From contig CM059432.1 in assembly GCA_030390025.1 (NCBI GenBank), forward strand, positions 56,670,001 to 56,734,000: DNA of 64,000 bases, in the 5' to 3' direction. The notes beneath the pieces were generated by a model. The model was not told where the DNA came from, did no database searches, and was given only the letters and a program-made list of their open reading frames with translations. Shown one piece after another: positions 1 to 12,870 of the stretch. A program made the translations under genes and the position numbers. The first letter of the stretch is position 1. Every line of letters starts with the position of its first letter. The stretch comes from Squalus acanthias. Its lineage: Eukaryota.

Positions 1-375
1 GTAACCATTCAGGATTTTGTATGGAATGTGTATTCTGTGTGCCCTGATTACAATCATAGTAAATGTGATTCCAATAGCAGTGCAAAAAGAATAACTGTTT
101 CTCTGGCCCTCATTGAAACATATCAGAGAGTAGTCCATTAAGCTGTTGATTATGAGCAGATATAACATTTGAGAAAAACAATGACCAAATGCTAGAAGCA
201 CTTACCGTGCATCACTGAGCAATTCATTTAGATCGCAATCTATTCAGGGCAAAAATAGAAAAATGCTGGAAACACTCATTAGGTCAGACAGTATCTGTAT
301 AAAAAGGAAAAATGTTCAAGTTTCAGGTGAGAAGTTGCACAACACCAGGTTATAGTCCAACAGCTTTATTTGAAA

Positions 376-412
376 TCACAAGCTTTCGGAGTGCTGCTCC
401 TTCGTCAGGTGA
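376..412 (-). ncRNA. Minimal type I hammerhead ribozyme motif (Penelope-type)
   Basis: Minus strand reads UCAC-CUGACGA-AGGAGCAGCACUCC-GAAA-GC-UU-GUGA: CUGANGA/GAAA core, stem I UCAC/GUGA, palindromic stem III AAGCUU. Confidence 0.7.
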
Positions 413-599
413 AGTGAAGAAATACATATGGGCACAGCATATATAGTCAGAGAATACTGCCAGACGACTACAGTTAATCTTTCTAACTGCCCTTTATCAC
501 TCTGCCGAGGTGTGATAAAGGGCAGTTAGAAAGATTAACTGTAGTCGTCTGGTAGTATTCTCTGACTATATATGCTGTGCCCATATGTATTTCTTCACT

Positions 600-636
600 T
601 CACCTGACGAAGGAGCAGCGCTCCGAAAACTTGTGA
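600..636 (+). ncRNA. Minimal hammerhead ribozyme motif, second arm (stem III point mutation)
   Basis: tcac-ctgacga-aggagcagcgctcc-gaaa-ac-tt-gtga; perfect stem II GGAGC/GCUCC. Confidence 0.6.
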
Positions 637-1484
637 TTTCAAATAAAGCTGTTGGACTATAACCTGGTGTTGTGCAACTTCTCACTTTTGTCCACCCCAG
701 TCCAACACCGGCATCTCCGCATCAAGTTTCAGGTGTGTAACTTCATCAGAATATTCACAGCAACTTTGGTTTAAACAGTCTTCGTTGACTCTCCCCCAGG
801 TGGTCTTTGACAGGTCTTTGTATACGTGTTAATGAGGCTGGCTGTCTAGTTAAGAGTAATTGACTTCTCAATAGCAAGACTGTATATAAAAAAAAGCGAG
901 GATATTAAGGTTTGGACATTAATGATAATCTAGTTAGTTTGACCTAGTTGCAACTGATGTGGAGGCAACATGCAACACCATAGACAGGAACACTTGCGTA
1001 ATTTCGATTATGACCACAGATGGTAGAGATTTGAATGTTACTAATCTACCAATAAGAGTTTGCTTTCTACTAATGAAAAGAAAGTAATTCAAAGGAACTT
1101 AACCAATTGGTTTGCCTGCTTAATTTTTGAACAGATTCAAAACTGCAGTATTATTTGAGCTGACTTCAAAAAATGGTTATATTTCAATTCTACTGTAAAA
1201 CACTATATTAATAAATTTGTTTAATAATTTAGTCTAGTCCAACCTTGCTTTGCAAGATTGATTGTCATCTTCTAAAGCAATGTGAGTATGTATTGGCAAT
1301 CCTACATATAAATCCAGAGACGATAAATAAATCTATTGTTTGCCCAGGGCACGTTATACCAGATTAATTTGCATACTAGGTCACGCTTTGGTTCTTAGGG
1401 AGTCAGAGTGCTTGCCTATGGGAGCTGGTTTTTGTATTGAGCATGAGAAAAGCATGTTAAGAGTTTGAATCAGAACTTTGCATA

Positions 1485-1704
1485 TCTTCTTCTTTGGCAG
1501 TCCCTCGGAACCGAGGATGACTTGCTTCCACACTAAGAATGAGTTCTCAGGTGACTAATGAGTCCAATGCGGGACCTACAGTCTCTATCACAGGAGGGGC
1601 AGATGGTGGTTGATGGGGCGGGTGGGTGGGGTGCTTGGGTTGACGTGCGCTCCTTCCGCTGTTTGCGCTTGGCTTCCACTTGCTCCCGGCGAAGAGACTC
1701 GAGG
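1485..1704 (-). mobile_element. RTE-clade LINE 3' end
   Basis: C-terminal CPSCDRDCRSRIGLISHLRTH zinc-finger-like motif typical of RTE, short 3' UTR and (GAA)n-like tail. Continues at 4812. Confidence 0.8.
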
Positions 1705-4700
1705 GGGTGGGGAGGGAAATCTAGAATGCTAAAGAGAAAAGACAAGGAAGCAGTGCAGGAAAGTGATTGGGGTAAGGATAACCAGATTGTGTCAGTAAGG
1801 GACAGAGCGTACAAATAAAGGAGTGCACTAACAAATAGGGTCCGGGTAAGAAAAAATGGTAATAAGACAAATAGGGCCATCGTACAAAAAAATGTTAAGA
1901 TGTCTAAAAATGTTAAAAAGACAAATCTAAAGGCACTGTATCTGAATGCATGAAGCATTCGTAATAAGGTAGACGAATTAACAGCGCAAACAGATGTAAA
2001 TGGATACAATATAATTGCAATTACGGAGACATGGCTGCAGGGTGACCAAGGCTGGGAGCTGAATATCCAAGGATATTCAATATTTAGGAAGGACAGGTAA
2101 AAAGGAAAAGTAGGTGGAGTGGCGTTGTTAGTAAAGGATGAAATCAGAGCAATAGTGAGAAAGGATATTGGCTCAGAAAATCATGGTGTAGAATCAGTCT
2201 GGGTGGAGCTAAGAAGCACCAAGAGACAGAAAACACTGGTGGGAGTTGTCTATAGGTCTCCAAACAGTAGTAGTAATGTAGGGGATGGCATCAAACAGGA
2301 AATTAGAGATGCATGTAACAAGGGTGACTTTAATCTACATATAGACTGGCCAAACCAAATTAGCAATAATACTGTGGAGGTTGAATTCCTGGAGTGTGTA
2401 CGAGATGGTTTTTTAGACCAGTACATTGAGGAGCCAACTAGGGAACAGGCTATCCTAGATTGGGTATTGTGCAATGAGAGAAGGGGTTAATTAATAATAT
2501 TGTGCGGGGTCCTTTAGGGAAGAGTGACTATAACATGATAGAATTCTTCATTAAGATGGAAAGTGAAGAAGTCCAATTCGAAACTAGGGTCCTAAATCTG
2601 AACAAAGGTAACTACGAAGGTATGAGGAGTGAGTTGGCTATGATAGATTGGGGAGCTTAATTGAAAAGCATGACGGTGGATAGGCAATGGCTAACATTTA
2701 AGGAACGAATGCATGAATTGCAACAGTTATACATTCCTTTCTGGCGCAAAAACACAAAAGGACAAGCGGCCCAACCATGGCTAACAAAAGAAATTAAGGA
2801 GAGTATTAGATCCAAAGAGGAGTCATATAAAGTTGCCAGAAAAAGTAGCAAGCCTGAGGATTGGGAGCAGTTTACAGTGCAGCAAAAAAGGACCAAGAGA
2901 TTGATTAAGAGGGGAAAAATAGATTATGAGAGTAAACTTGCAAGGAACATAAAGTGGATTGTAAAAGCTTCTACAAGTATGTAAAAAGAAAAAGATTAGT
3001 GAAGACAAATGTAGGTCCCTTACAGTCAGAAACGGGAGAATTTATAATGGGGAACAAGGAAATGGCGGAGCAATTAAACAAATACTTTGGTTCTGTCTTC
3101 ACGGAAGAGGACACAAATAACTCCCCAGAATTGCTAGGGAACCAAGGGTCTAGTGAGAAGGAGGAATTAAAGGAAATTAGTATTAGTAAAAAAATAGTGC
3201 TGGAGAAATTAATGGGACTGAAAGCCGATAAATCCCCAGGGCCTGATAATCTGCACCCCAGAGTACTAAAAGAGATAGCCATGGAAATAGTGGATGCATT
3301 GGTTGTTATCTTCCAAAATTCTATAGATTATGGAACAGTTCCTGCAGATTGGAGGGTGGCAAATGTAACCCCACTATTTTAAAAAAGGGGGGGGAGAGAG
3401 AAAACGGAGAACTACAGACCGGTTAGCCTAACATCAGTAGCAGGGAAAATGCTAGAGTCTATCAAAAAGGATGTGATAACCGGGCACTTAGAAAATATCA
3501 ACGGGATTAGACAAAGTCAACATGGATTTATGAAAGGGAAATCGTGTTTGACAAACCTACTGGAGTTTTTTGAGGATGTAACTGGTAGAATAGATAAGGG
3601 AGAACCAGTGGATGTGGTGTATTTGGATTTTCAGAAGGCCTTTGATAAAGTCCCACATAAGAGGTTAGTGTGCAAAATTAAAACACATGGGATTGGGGGT
3701 AATATACTGGCATGGATTGAAAATTGGTTAACAGACAGGAAACAGAGAGTAGGAATAAATGGGTCTTTTTCGGGGTGGCAGGTGGTGACTAGTGGGGTAC
3801 CGCAGGGATCAGTGCTTGGGCCCCAGCTATTCACAATATATATCAATGATTTGGATGAGGGAACCAAATGTAATATTTCCAAGTTTGCTGACGACACAAA
3901 ACTAGGTGGGATTGTGAGTTGTGAGGAGGATGCAAAGAGGCTTCAAGGCGATTTAGACAAGTTGAGTGAGTGGGCAAATACATGGCAGATGCAGTATAAC
4001 GTGGATAATTGTGAAGTTATCCACTTCGGTAGGAAAAACAGAAAGGCAGAGTATTATTTAAATGGTGATAGATTGGGAAATGTTGTTGTACAAAGGGACC
4101 TAGGTGTCCTTGTACACCAGTCACTGAAAGCAAACATGCAGGTGCAGCAAGCAATTAGGAAGGCAAATGATGTTGGCGTTCATTGCAAGAGGATTTGAGT
4201 ACAAGAGCAAGGACGTCTTACTACAGTTATACAGGGCCTTGGTGAGACCACACCTGGAGCACTGTGTGCAGTTTTGGTCTCCTTACCTAAGAAAGGATAT
4301 ATTTGCCATAGAGGGAGTGCAGCGAAGATTCACCAGACTGATTCTTGGGATGGCAGGACTGTCGTATGAGGAGAGATTGGGTCGACTAGGCCTGTATTCA
4401 TTCGAGTTTAGAAGAATGAGAGGGGATCTCATTGAAACGTATAAAATTCTGACAGGGCTAGACAGACTGGATGCAGGGAGGATGTTTCCCCTGGCTGGGG
4501 GCTCTAGTACGAGGGGTCACAGTCTCAGGATACGGGGTAGGACATTTAAGACTGAGATGAGGAGAAATGTCTTCACTCAGAGGGTGGTGAACCTGTGGAA
4601 TTCTCTACCACAGAAGGCTGTGGAGGCCAAGTCACTGAAAAATTTAAGAAGGAGATAGATAGATTTCTAGACACAAAAGGCATCAAGGCGTATGAGGAGA

Positions 4701-4812
4701 GAGCGGGAATATGGTATTGAGATAGAGGATCAGCCATGATCGTATTGAATGGCGGAGCAGGCTCGAAGGGCCGAATGGCCTCGTCCTGCTCCTATTTTTC
4801 AATGTTCTATGT
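1705..4812 (+). mobile_element. CR1 LINE, 5'-truncated, ORF2 (APE endonuclease + RT) with frameshifts, inserted in RTE
   Basis: [51 protein letters not shown] and KFADDTK motifs; CR1 3' UTR with (ttctatg) tail. Confidence 0.95.
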
Positions 4813-5253
4813 TCGGCGCCTTCCCGGATGCTTCTCGTCTACTTTGTGCGATCTTGGGCCAGGGATTTCCAGGTGTTGGTAGGGATGTTGCACTTTTTCA
4901 AGGAGGCTTTGAGGGTGTCCTTGAAGCGTTTCTCTGCCCACCCACTCTTGCCCTGTTGGAGCTCTGAGTAGAGCACTTGTTTTGGGAGTCTCATATTGGG
5001 CATGCGGATGATGTGGCCCGTCCATTGGAGTTGATCGAACGTGGTCAGAGCTTCGATGCTGGGGGATGTTGTCCTGAGCGAGAACACTGACGTTGGTGCG
5101 CCTATTCTGCCAATGGATTTGCAGAATCTTGCGGAGGCAGCGTTGGTGGTACCCCTCCAGTGCTTTGAGGTGCCTGCTGTACATGGTCCATGTCTCTGAA
5201 GCATACAGGAGGGCGGGTATCACTGCTGCTCTGTAGACCATGAGCTTAGTGCC
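4812..5253 (-). mobile_element. RTE-clade LINE fragment (upstream part of 1485-1704)
   Basis: VYRAAVIPALLYASETW..YHQRCLRKILQIHWQ..W.GHIIRMP..RLPKQVLYSEL; collinear with 1485-1704. Confidence 0.85.
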
Positions 5254-5656
5254 ATATGCATGAGCTTAGTGCCATGACCATGTGCAGTTTAGTTCACAAT
5301 AAAAAAAATAGAATTATATATATATATATATATTATATATATAAAAACACATGCAAATTACAAATATTTTTTATTGCCTTTCTCATATTTTCTTTCCTCC
5401 TCCCTTTTTATGTGTCATATATCATTTCTTGCTGAGAGAGCAAGTAAGTAACTTAATCCAAGGCTAATCATACTCGAGCTAGCAGCTAAGAGGTGTGTAG
5501 CAGCAGTGTGACATGATTTTGACAATTTTCTCCAACTGTGGAACAAGCCTGTTCAAAATTGGTAATTAACTATAAGAACAAACCAGCATTCTACTTGTAG
5601 AATGTAGCACATTGAAGACTAAGTGTCGTCATTGTGTTTTTTTACTTGAATAGTTT

Positions 5657-6130
5657 AAAAAAAAAAATTTGTTAATTCATTCTCTGATATGGACATCGCT
5701 GGCAAATCCGACATCTGTTGCCCATCCCCAGTTTCGCTTGAGATGGTGGTGGTGAGCCGCCTTATTGAACCACTGAAGTCCATGTGGTGAAGTTACTCCC
5801 ATAGTGCTGTTAGGTAGGAAGTTCCTTCATTGTCAATGGCTCAAAAGTCTTGGCACGGTGGTATATGTCCAAGTTGGAATGGTGTGTGATTTGGAGGGGA
5901 ACTTGGAGGTGATGGTGTTCTCGAGCACCTGCTGCTCTTGTCTTTCTAGGTAGTGGAGGTTGCAGGTTTGGGAGGTGTTACCAAAGATGCCTTGGTGACT
6001 TGCTGCAGTGCATCATGTTGCTCGTACATACTGCAGCCACAGTACGCTGGTGATGGAAGGAGTGGATGTTTAAGGTGATGGTTGAGATGCCAATCAAGTG
6101 GACTGCTTTTTCCTGCCTGGTCTTGTGCTT
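5657..6130 (-). mobile_element. Degraded 3' end of the tRNA-headed LINE family
   Basis: Homologous to 45930-46380 (ggtggtggtgagccgcc, ttggaggggaacttg, ttgctgcagtgcat) with A/T-rich tail. Confidence 0.75.
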
Positions 6131-7504
6131 TAAATGTACAAAAAAATGATAAAAAGAAAACCATGAATGCTAGAAATTGGAAATGAAAATAGAAATTACT
6201 AGAAATGTACAGCAGGCTGATCAGTATCAGCAAGAGAAATATAGGTTAATGCTCCAAGTCCAAAGTAAACCTCTCTTCAGAATGTTTTTAAAATATATGC
6301 AATCATTTGCATACTAACCTGAATTGGGCTCGGGGCAAAGCCCTATGACTAATAATAATCAGAGGTCTGACAGCCAATTGCTAGGGTTGGAAAAATGAAA
6401 GGCAAACAAAAGCAATTGTTTCATGTGGAGCCCAAGAGGGTATGTGACTGGGGGCAATCCTTTACTTGGTACAGTGTTGAATGAGGGGACACCGAGAGGA
6501 GTTTCCATACAACAATAGTACACGTGATGAGTTTAAAACTTCAGCATCACAAAAGTTGAAATAAAAGCAGAAAATGCTGTACAGACCGCATGTGTAAAGG
6601 AAAAAACAAAGGTTGTCATGTTTCAGGTGTGTAACCTTCATAAGTTGATGTTGTTTTGAGTACCACAGTGAGTGAGAAAGTGAATTAAAAGGTCAATATA
6701 TATCCATATTCGGAACCTGAACAGGCTATTTTATTTCCTTGTTGCCTCAGTGACAGTCCGTTAAGTATGTACTTGCTGAATAAGAAATCGGTCAATGGAT
6801 TTTTGAATGTCCATAAAATAGAGGATGAATCAGTTATGGAATTGTGTTGGCAATAGACCTGAGAGCATGTTGCCTGGTTTCTCTCTTGAACAGGACAGGG
6901 TGTGCGATGTAATTGATGCAAGAAAACAACAGAAATATAAAAAATAAATGAACAGAGTTTTAAAAAATCTGTCCCACCATATTATTGTACGTTAACAAGA
7001 AACTTTAAAATGTACAAAAGCAAAATACTGTGGATACTGTGAATCATCTTTGAATGCTGACGATACATTTTTCATTATTTTGAGCCCGGGGTCCCAATTT
7101 TGTTCATGGTTTAAAAGCAGACATATTCTCATGAACTTCAGTGCACTGCATCTTTGCTGTAAGCAGTTAGTGATTCACCTAATTGGGAGGTTCAGTGTAC
7201 ATAACATGAAGATGTGTAGTAAAAATCTTAGTATTCTTAGTGTGCCATAATCAGAATAATTGTAAAATTGTAGATAACTAAAACTTAATCCATTTTAGAT
7301 TGAATACATTTTCAATAGATAGATTGCTGCATAATTAATGTGTGGAAATAAAACTCCTGAAGAAAGAGACCATTAACAAAATAATCAGTCAGTCTATTCA
7401 GAATCTTGGAATTGCTAACTTCACAATGAACTTAAAAGAACAATTTTATACATGCTTTTTTGGTTAAAAGACTTTTTAGCCAACCAGTGAATAGACCAGT
7501 AAAT

Positions 7505-8846
7505 AACCACTTTGTTTCCAATTTCCACCCTTCCCTCACCTTCACATGGTCCATCTCCAACTCTTCCCTTTCCTTCCTCGACTTTTCTGTCTCCATTTCT
7601 GGGGATATGCTATCGAGCAACATCCACAGTAAGCCCACTGACTCTCACAGCTACCTTGACTACACTTCCTCCCACTCCGCTTCCTGTACGGACTCTATTG
7701 CATTCTCCCAGTTTCTCTGTCTCCGTCGCATCTGTTCTGATGATGCCACCTTCCATACTCGCGCAGCCGATATGTCTTTTTCCTCAACCGAGGATTCCTC
7801 TCTACCATGGTTGACAGGACCCTCGACCGTGTCCTTTTTCATTTCCCGCACTTCTGCTCTCAACCCTTCCCCTTCCTCCCAGAACCACGATAGGGTTCCC
7901 GTTGTCCTCGCCTTCCACCCCACCAGCCTCCACATTCAACAGATCATCCGCCGCAGTTTCCGCTACCTCCAGCATGATCCTATCACCAAACACATCTTCC
8001 CCTCCCCTCCCCTTTCAGCATTCTGAAGGGACCGTTCCCTCCGTGATATCCTGGTCCACTCTTCAATCACCCCCAACACCCTTCACCTTCCCGTGTAAGC
8101 GCAGGAGATGCAACACCTCCCCTTTTACTTCCTTCCTTCTCACCGTCCAGGGACCCAAACACTCCTTCTAGGTGAAACAGCGATTTACTTGTACTACTTG
8201 CAATTTAATATACTGTATTTGCTGCTCACGATGTGGTCTCCTCTACACTGGGGAGACCAAACACAGATTGGGTGACCGCTTTGCAGAACACTTCCGTTCA
8301 GTTTGTAAGCGTGACCCCGAGCTTCCGGTCGCCTGTCACTTTAATTCTCCACTCCACTCCTACTCTGAACTCTCTGTCCTCGGCCTCCTTCGCTGTTCCA
8401 ATGAAGTTCAACGTAAGTTTGAGGAACAGCACCTCATCTTTCTGTTAGGCACTTTACAGCCTTTTGGATTCAACATTGAGTCAACAATTTCAGATCATAA
8501 TCACTGCTCCCATTTTTTCGAATGACAGCTGTTGATGTTTCTTTACTTGTCCCATTACCACCTCTTTTTGCTTCGTACAATCATACCTACTGTCATTTAA
8601 TCTCTCGTGCCTTCCACCCTATCACAGACCTTCCCTTTTGCTCTTTCCTCCCCTCCCCCTTTCCCTGCCTCTGCACTTGCTTAGAAACTGTTACATCTCT
8701 AACTTTTTCCAGTTCTGACGAAAGGAAATCGACCTGAAACGTTAACTCTGTTTCTCTCTCCACAGATGCTGCCTGACCTGTTGAGTATTTCCAGCATTTT
8801 CTGTTTTTATTTCAGATTTCCAACATCTGCAGTATTTTGCTTTTGG
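7505..8846 (+). mobile_element. Penelope-like retroelement, 5'-truncated (RT C-terminus, GIY-YIG endonuclease, 3' repeat)
   Basis: FHPSLTFT..SFLD..KPTDSHSYLDYTSSH; FTC...NLIYCICCSRCGLLYTGET..RLGDRFAEH (GIY-YIG); 3' repeat with hammerhead. Confidence 0.9.
8711..8747 (+). ncRNA. Minimal hammerhead ribozyme motif in Penelope 3' repeat
   Basis: agtt-ctgacga-aagg-aaatcga-cct-gaaa-cg-tt-aact: intact core, stem I AGUU/AACU, palindromic stem III AACGUU. Confidence 0.7.
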
Positions 8847-9663
8847 ACCTGTAAATAACCTTCCTTGTACTCAATCCTATCTTTCAGCAGTAAAGTGTGC
8901 CATGTGTACCCACTATGAATTATGCACTCAGCTTTAATTGACAAGTTTGGCCATTTTTTTCAGTAAAATAAACTAGCAAAAATGTTTTATGGTTTTTGCA
9001 ATCTTTATTTTACTCCTTGATCATAATCCAGATACTTCAATTTATTTGGTTTGCATTCTGTTAAAAGTGCATTCCAAGATTCTACAAGCACTTGTGGTAC
9101 AAGAATTGTCAAACTGGCTGTTTGTCCAGACAATATTTCTGTTTCTCTGAGACTGCAATTTCAAAAGTTACTAGAAGATGGAATAGCAAGCCATTTGCTA
9201 TGTGCTTTATCTTGCACCAAGAGCAGAATTAACTTCTGAATTTTTATCAGGGAATGTGCAGAACTTGCTAAACCACATAAAGATACAGAATGGATTTTAA
9301 ACTGAAGCTGCTGACTAAAAATTTGCTTATCAGGAAATATAAATGTCATGTTATCTGTAAGTAGTGCATTAAACTTGAATGTGGCCATTCAAATTGAATT
9401 TGTTGCAGTATTGGAAACATAGCTTTAATAGAGCCAAGCTTTTAGCTTAATTGGTAATGTAGAAGACTATAAAAAGTTTCTAACAAGTCTGTAATCATGA
9501 ATTCACATTAATTTCAACTTCTTTGTCAAATTTTTTGTCTTATAATACTCCTGTGCAGCGCCTTGGGATGTTTTACTATGTTAAAGGCGCTATATAAATA
9601 CAAGTTATTGTTGTTGTTCTGTTTCACAACATATTACAATTTCCAAGAGAATGGACTAGAGTT

Positions 9664-9941
9664 GTTGGTGAGTAAGTGTCGCTTGATAGCACTGTCGACG
9701 ACACCTTCCATCACTTTGCTGATGATTGAAAGTAGACTGATGGGGCGGTAATTGGCTGGATTGGATTTGTCCTGCTTTTTGTGGACAGGACACACCTGGG
9801 CAGTTTTCCACATTGTCGGATAGATGCCAGTGTTATAGCTGTACTGGAACAGCTTGGCTAGAGGTGCGGCTAGTTCTGGAGCACAAGTCTTCAGCACGAC
9901 AGCCGGGATGTTATCGGAGCCCATAGCCTTTGCTGTATCCA
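9664..9941 (-). mobile_element. Internal RT-region fragment of the tRNA-headed LINE family
   Basis: DTAKAMGSDNIPAVVLKTCAPELAAPLAKLFQYSYNTGIYP..NPANYRPISLLS. Confidence 0.85.
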
Positions 9942-9944
9942 TTA

Positions 9945-11070
9945 AAATGTCATGGACAGGTACAAAAAATAATCAAAATGGCTAATGGAATGCTGGCCTT
10001 TATATCTAGAGGACTAGAATAAAAGAAGTTAGAAGTCATGCTACAGCTTTACAAAGCTCTGGTTAGACCACACCTGGAGTACTGTGTTCAGTTCTGGGCA
10101 CCACACTTTAGGAAGGATATATTGGACCTTGGAGGGAGTGCAGCGTAGATTTACTAGAATGATACCTGACCTCCAAGGGTTAAATTACGAGGAGAGATTA
10201 CACAAACTAAGGTTGTATTCCCTGGAATTTAGAAGATGAAAGGATGATTTGATCGACGTTTTCAAGATATTTAGGAGAAATGATAGGGTAGATAGAGAGA
10301 AACTATTTCCACTGGTTGGGGAATCTAGGACTAGGAGACACAGTCTAAAAAATTAGTTGGGTTTATGTCACGATACATGACGTGATCCGGACTCGAGTCG
10401 TCGTTAGCTTGTTCACAGATGTGATTCCCAGTAAAAAAGTAAAAATTTTCCCAGTAAAAAAGTAAAAAAATGTTAAAGCTTTTCGTTTTACATACAGACG
10501 GCAGCTTTTGACACGTTAGAACCCCTGCGACTACACCTCATTGTCTCAGTTGTATCTTGCTATGTCTTTGATGTGGTACCTTCCTGGCTGACTTAATTAA
10601 CTTTATCACACCTCGGCAGATAGTCAGGATGATTTAATTTATTGGTCTGCAATTGTAAAGTACACATGCTTTGTTTTCTATCTATATATGCTTTGGCGAT
10701 TCTGTATCTAATTTACTTCACCTGAGGAAGGAGCAATCGAATAGTTCCGAAAGCTTGTGATTTCAAATAAAACTGTTGGACTATAACCTGGTGTTGTGCG
10801 ACCTCTAAAAAATTAGAGCCAGGCCTTTCAGAAGTGAAGTTAGGAAACACTTCTGCACGCAAAGGGTGGCAGAAGTTTGGAATTCTCTTCTACAAATGGC
10901 AGTTGATGCTGGGTCAATTGTGAATTTTAAATCTGAAATTAATAGATATTTGTTAATCACAGGTATTAAGGGATAGGGGCAAAGGCAGGTATATGGAGTT
11001 AGGTCACAGATCAGCCATGATTTCACTGAATGGCAGAACAGGCTCCAGGGGCTAAATGGCCATGTTCCTG
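9945..11070 (+). mobile_element. CR1 LINE 3' fragment, split by Penelope-type insertion
   Basis: [28 protein letters not shown]; resumes at 10804 and ends in a CR1 3' UTR. Confidence 0.85.
10357..10803 (+). mobile_element. Short Penelope-like insertion with hammerhead and 13-bp TSD
   Basis: TSD tctaaaaaattag (10344-10356, 10804-10816). 3' ~90 bp nearly identical to the arm at 600-680. Hammerhead core ctgagga..gaaagcttgtga at 10718-10760. Confidence 0.8.
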
Positions 11071-11071
11071 T

Positions 11072-11468
11072 AATCTAGCCTGACATTTCAGTGCAGTACT
11101 GAGGTAGTACCGCACTGTCTGAGGTGCCATCTTTCAGATGAAACATTAAACCGGGATGCTATCTTTTGGATGACGTTACATTAAGACTCCCTCTCAGGTG
11201 GACGTAAAAGATTTCATGGCACTATTTGAAGATGAGCAGGAATCTCTCCCGGTATCCTGGTCAACATTTATCCCTTAATCAACATTACTAAAACAGATTT
11301 GGTCATTCATCTCATTGCTGTTTTTGGGATCTTACTGTGCGCAAATTGGCTGCTGCATTCCGCTACATTATAAGAGTGGCTACATTTGAAAAGTACGTCA
11401 TTGGCTGTGAAGCGCTTTGTCCTGAGAGCGTAAAACCCACGATATAAATTCAAGTTTGTTCTTTCTTT
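11072..11468 (+). mobile_element. DeuSINE (SacSINE1/AmnSINE1-like), 5'-truncated
   Basis: Deu-domain-like gatgaaacattaaaccg..aaagatttcatggcactattt..cccggtatcctggtcaacattt and L2-type 3' tail; recognised from memory of the family consensus. Confidence 0.6.
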
Positions 11469-11721
11469 AAGGTTGAGTTACATAAGTGCAACTTCCAGTG
11501 CCTTTCTGTATGTTCAGTGGTGGAGAGGAATTGTTTGTGTCAGATTTTTCGTCAAATTTAGTGAATATTTCTCTTTCCCAAGGTGAGGGGGTGCTCGTTG
11601 AGAAAAGAACAGTTCTGCAGTTTTTGTATGCGGTGTCAGCATGAAACACACTAAGCTTAAAAATAGCACAAGTTAGATGCAGCATAAAGCTACCTGTACT
11701 CTGCATAACAATGAATCTTAA

Positions 11722-11895
11722 GACAAAAGCAAAATACTACGGATGCTGGAAATCTGAAATAAAAACAGAAAATGCTGAAAATACTCAGCAGGTCAGGCAG
11801 CATCTGTGGAGAGAGAAACAGAGTTAATGTTTCAGGTCGATGACCTTTCGTCAAAGCCTGCCTTGATGATTATTTCCAGCATTTTTTGTTTTTAT
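11722..11895 (-). mobile_element. Penelope terminal-repeat fragment with short inverted remnant
   Basis: Reverse complement of 8715-8846, followed by a partial inverted copy (tatttccagcattttttgttttt). Confidence 0.75.
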
Positions 11896-12870
11896 ATAAT
11901 GAATCTTAAAAGCATCTGTACTGCCGCAGTGTAGCAGATCTATTTCCCAGATCTGCTATCCTTCTAGCCATTCTGACTGAAATTGACAATTTCATGCTGA
12001 ATTTTTTTGCAGGATTACTCTTTGAAGTCAAACCTATTTGGATTTGGATTGAAACTGCTGAAATCCAGTTCATCTAGGACCTACTTAGACAGCCTTCAAT
12101 GAATGGAGACTTACATATTCTATTTGTTTGGGCTGGATTTGATCACAGGTCTCAGACAGTGGAGATGAAATTCATCAACACCAATAGTGCAAAATGGGCT
12201 GATAGCGAATCGGCAGCCAGTTTTATACCGCCCACGATTTACTTTTCCATCAATGTCACAAAAAGTGCACGTCCCTTCAAATTATATATTCAGAATATGA
12301 AGTTCTGTTCCCAATTTCTTCTCTCCATTCAGTATTCACATTTGGAGTATGTAACACGGCTCCAAAAGTCGGCTCAACTAAATTGTTACGCAACCTTCAG
12401 CCCTGCAGGAGAGTTCAAATAAGGAGCATAAAAAGATTTAGGTGCATCAGTAGTGATCAATTAATGAATTTTTGTGTGTTTTGAAAGAGAGTAATGGTCA
12501 AGCCTTTGTTTTCATTTGCCAAAACTATTAATCAATTCAATATGTCAAGGATTGTTATTTTGTGAATTAAATTTCATGTGGATTTATTAGTGTTGCAGAT
12601 AAAATAATTGTTCTTGCAAATGGTGCATAGCTCTGATATCCACCCAAGTTGTTAGATTTTAAGTTCACTAAGTGTCTGAATCTTTCATTATTCATCCTGT
12701 TAGTCAATCAACAGCCGTGATATTTAATATTCCATACAATATTTTGCTTTTTTTGTCAGTCAGAGCTAGAAGGTTTTAACTATTCATGTTTAATATAGGA
12801 GGGTGTTTTTAGCATGTCAGTTTCAGAGGCTTAATAGTATGCTAAGAGTTAGAAGTCATAAATACAGAAT

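Larger units (their letters stand above)
330..721. mobile_element. Palindromic non-autonomous Penelope-like element (inverted pLTRs) with 14-bp TSD
   Basis: 174-bp near-perfect inverted arms 327-500/512-685 with an 11-nt loop and a 36-bp 3' extension. Flanked by the direct repeat tcaagtttcaggtg (316-329, 722-735). Each arm carries a hammerhead motif. Confidence 0.85.
248..752 (-). mobile_element. Degraded Penelope-like terminal-repeat fragment, split by the 330-721 insertion
   Basis: 248-329 and 722-752 resemble the reverse complement of the Penelope 3' repeat at 8710-8846 (aaatgctggaaacactca..ggtcagacagtatctgt; tttcagg..ttcatcagaa). Confidence 0.6.

Noticed and set aside
8990..9390. Short open frames in unique sequence
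   Set aside because: No recognisable domain or convincing splice sites on either strand.
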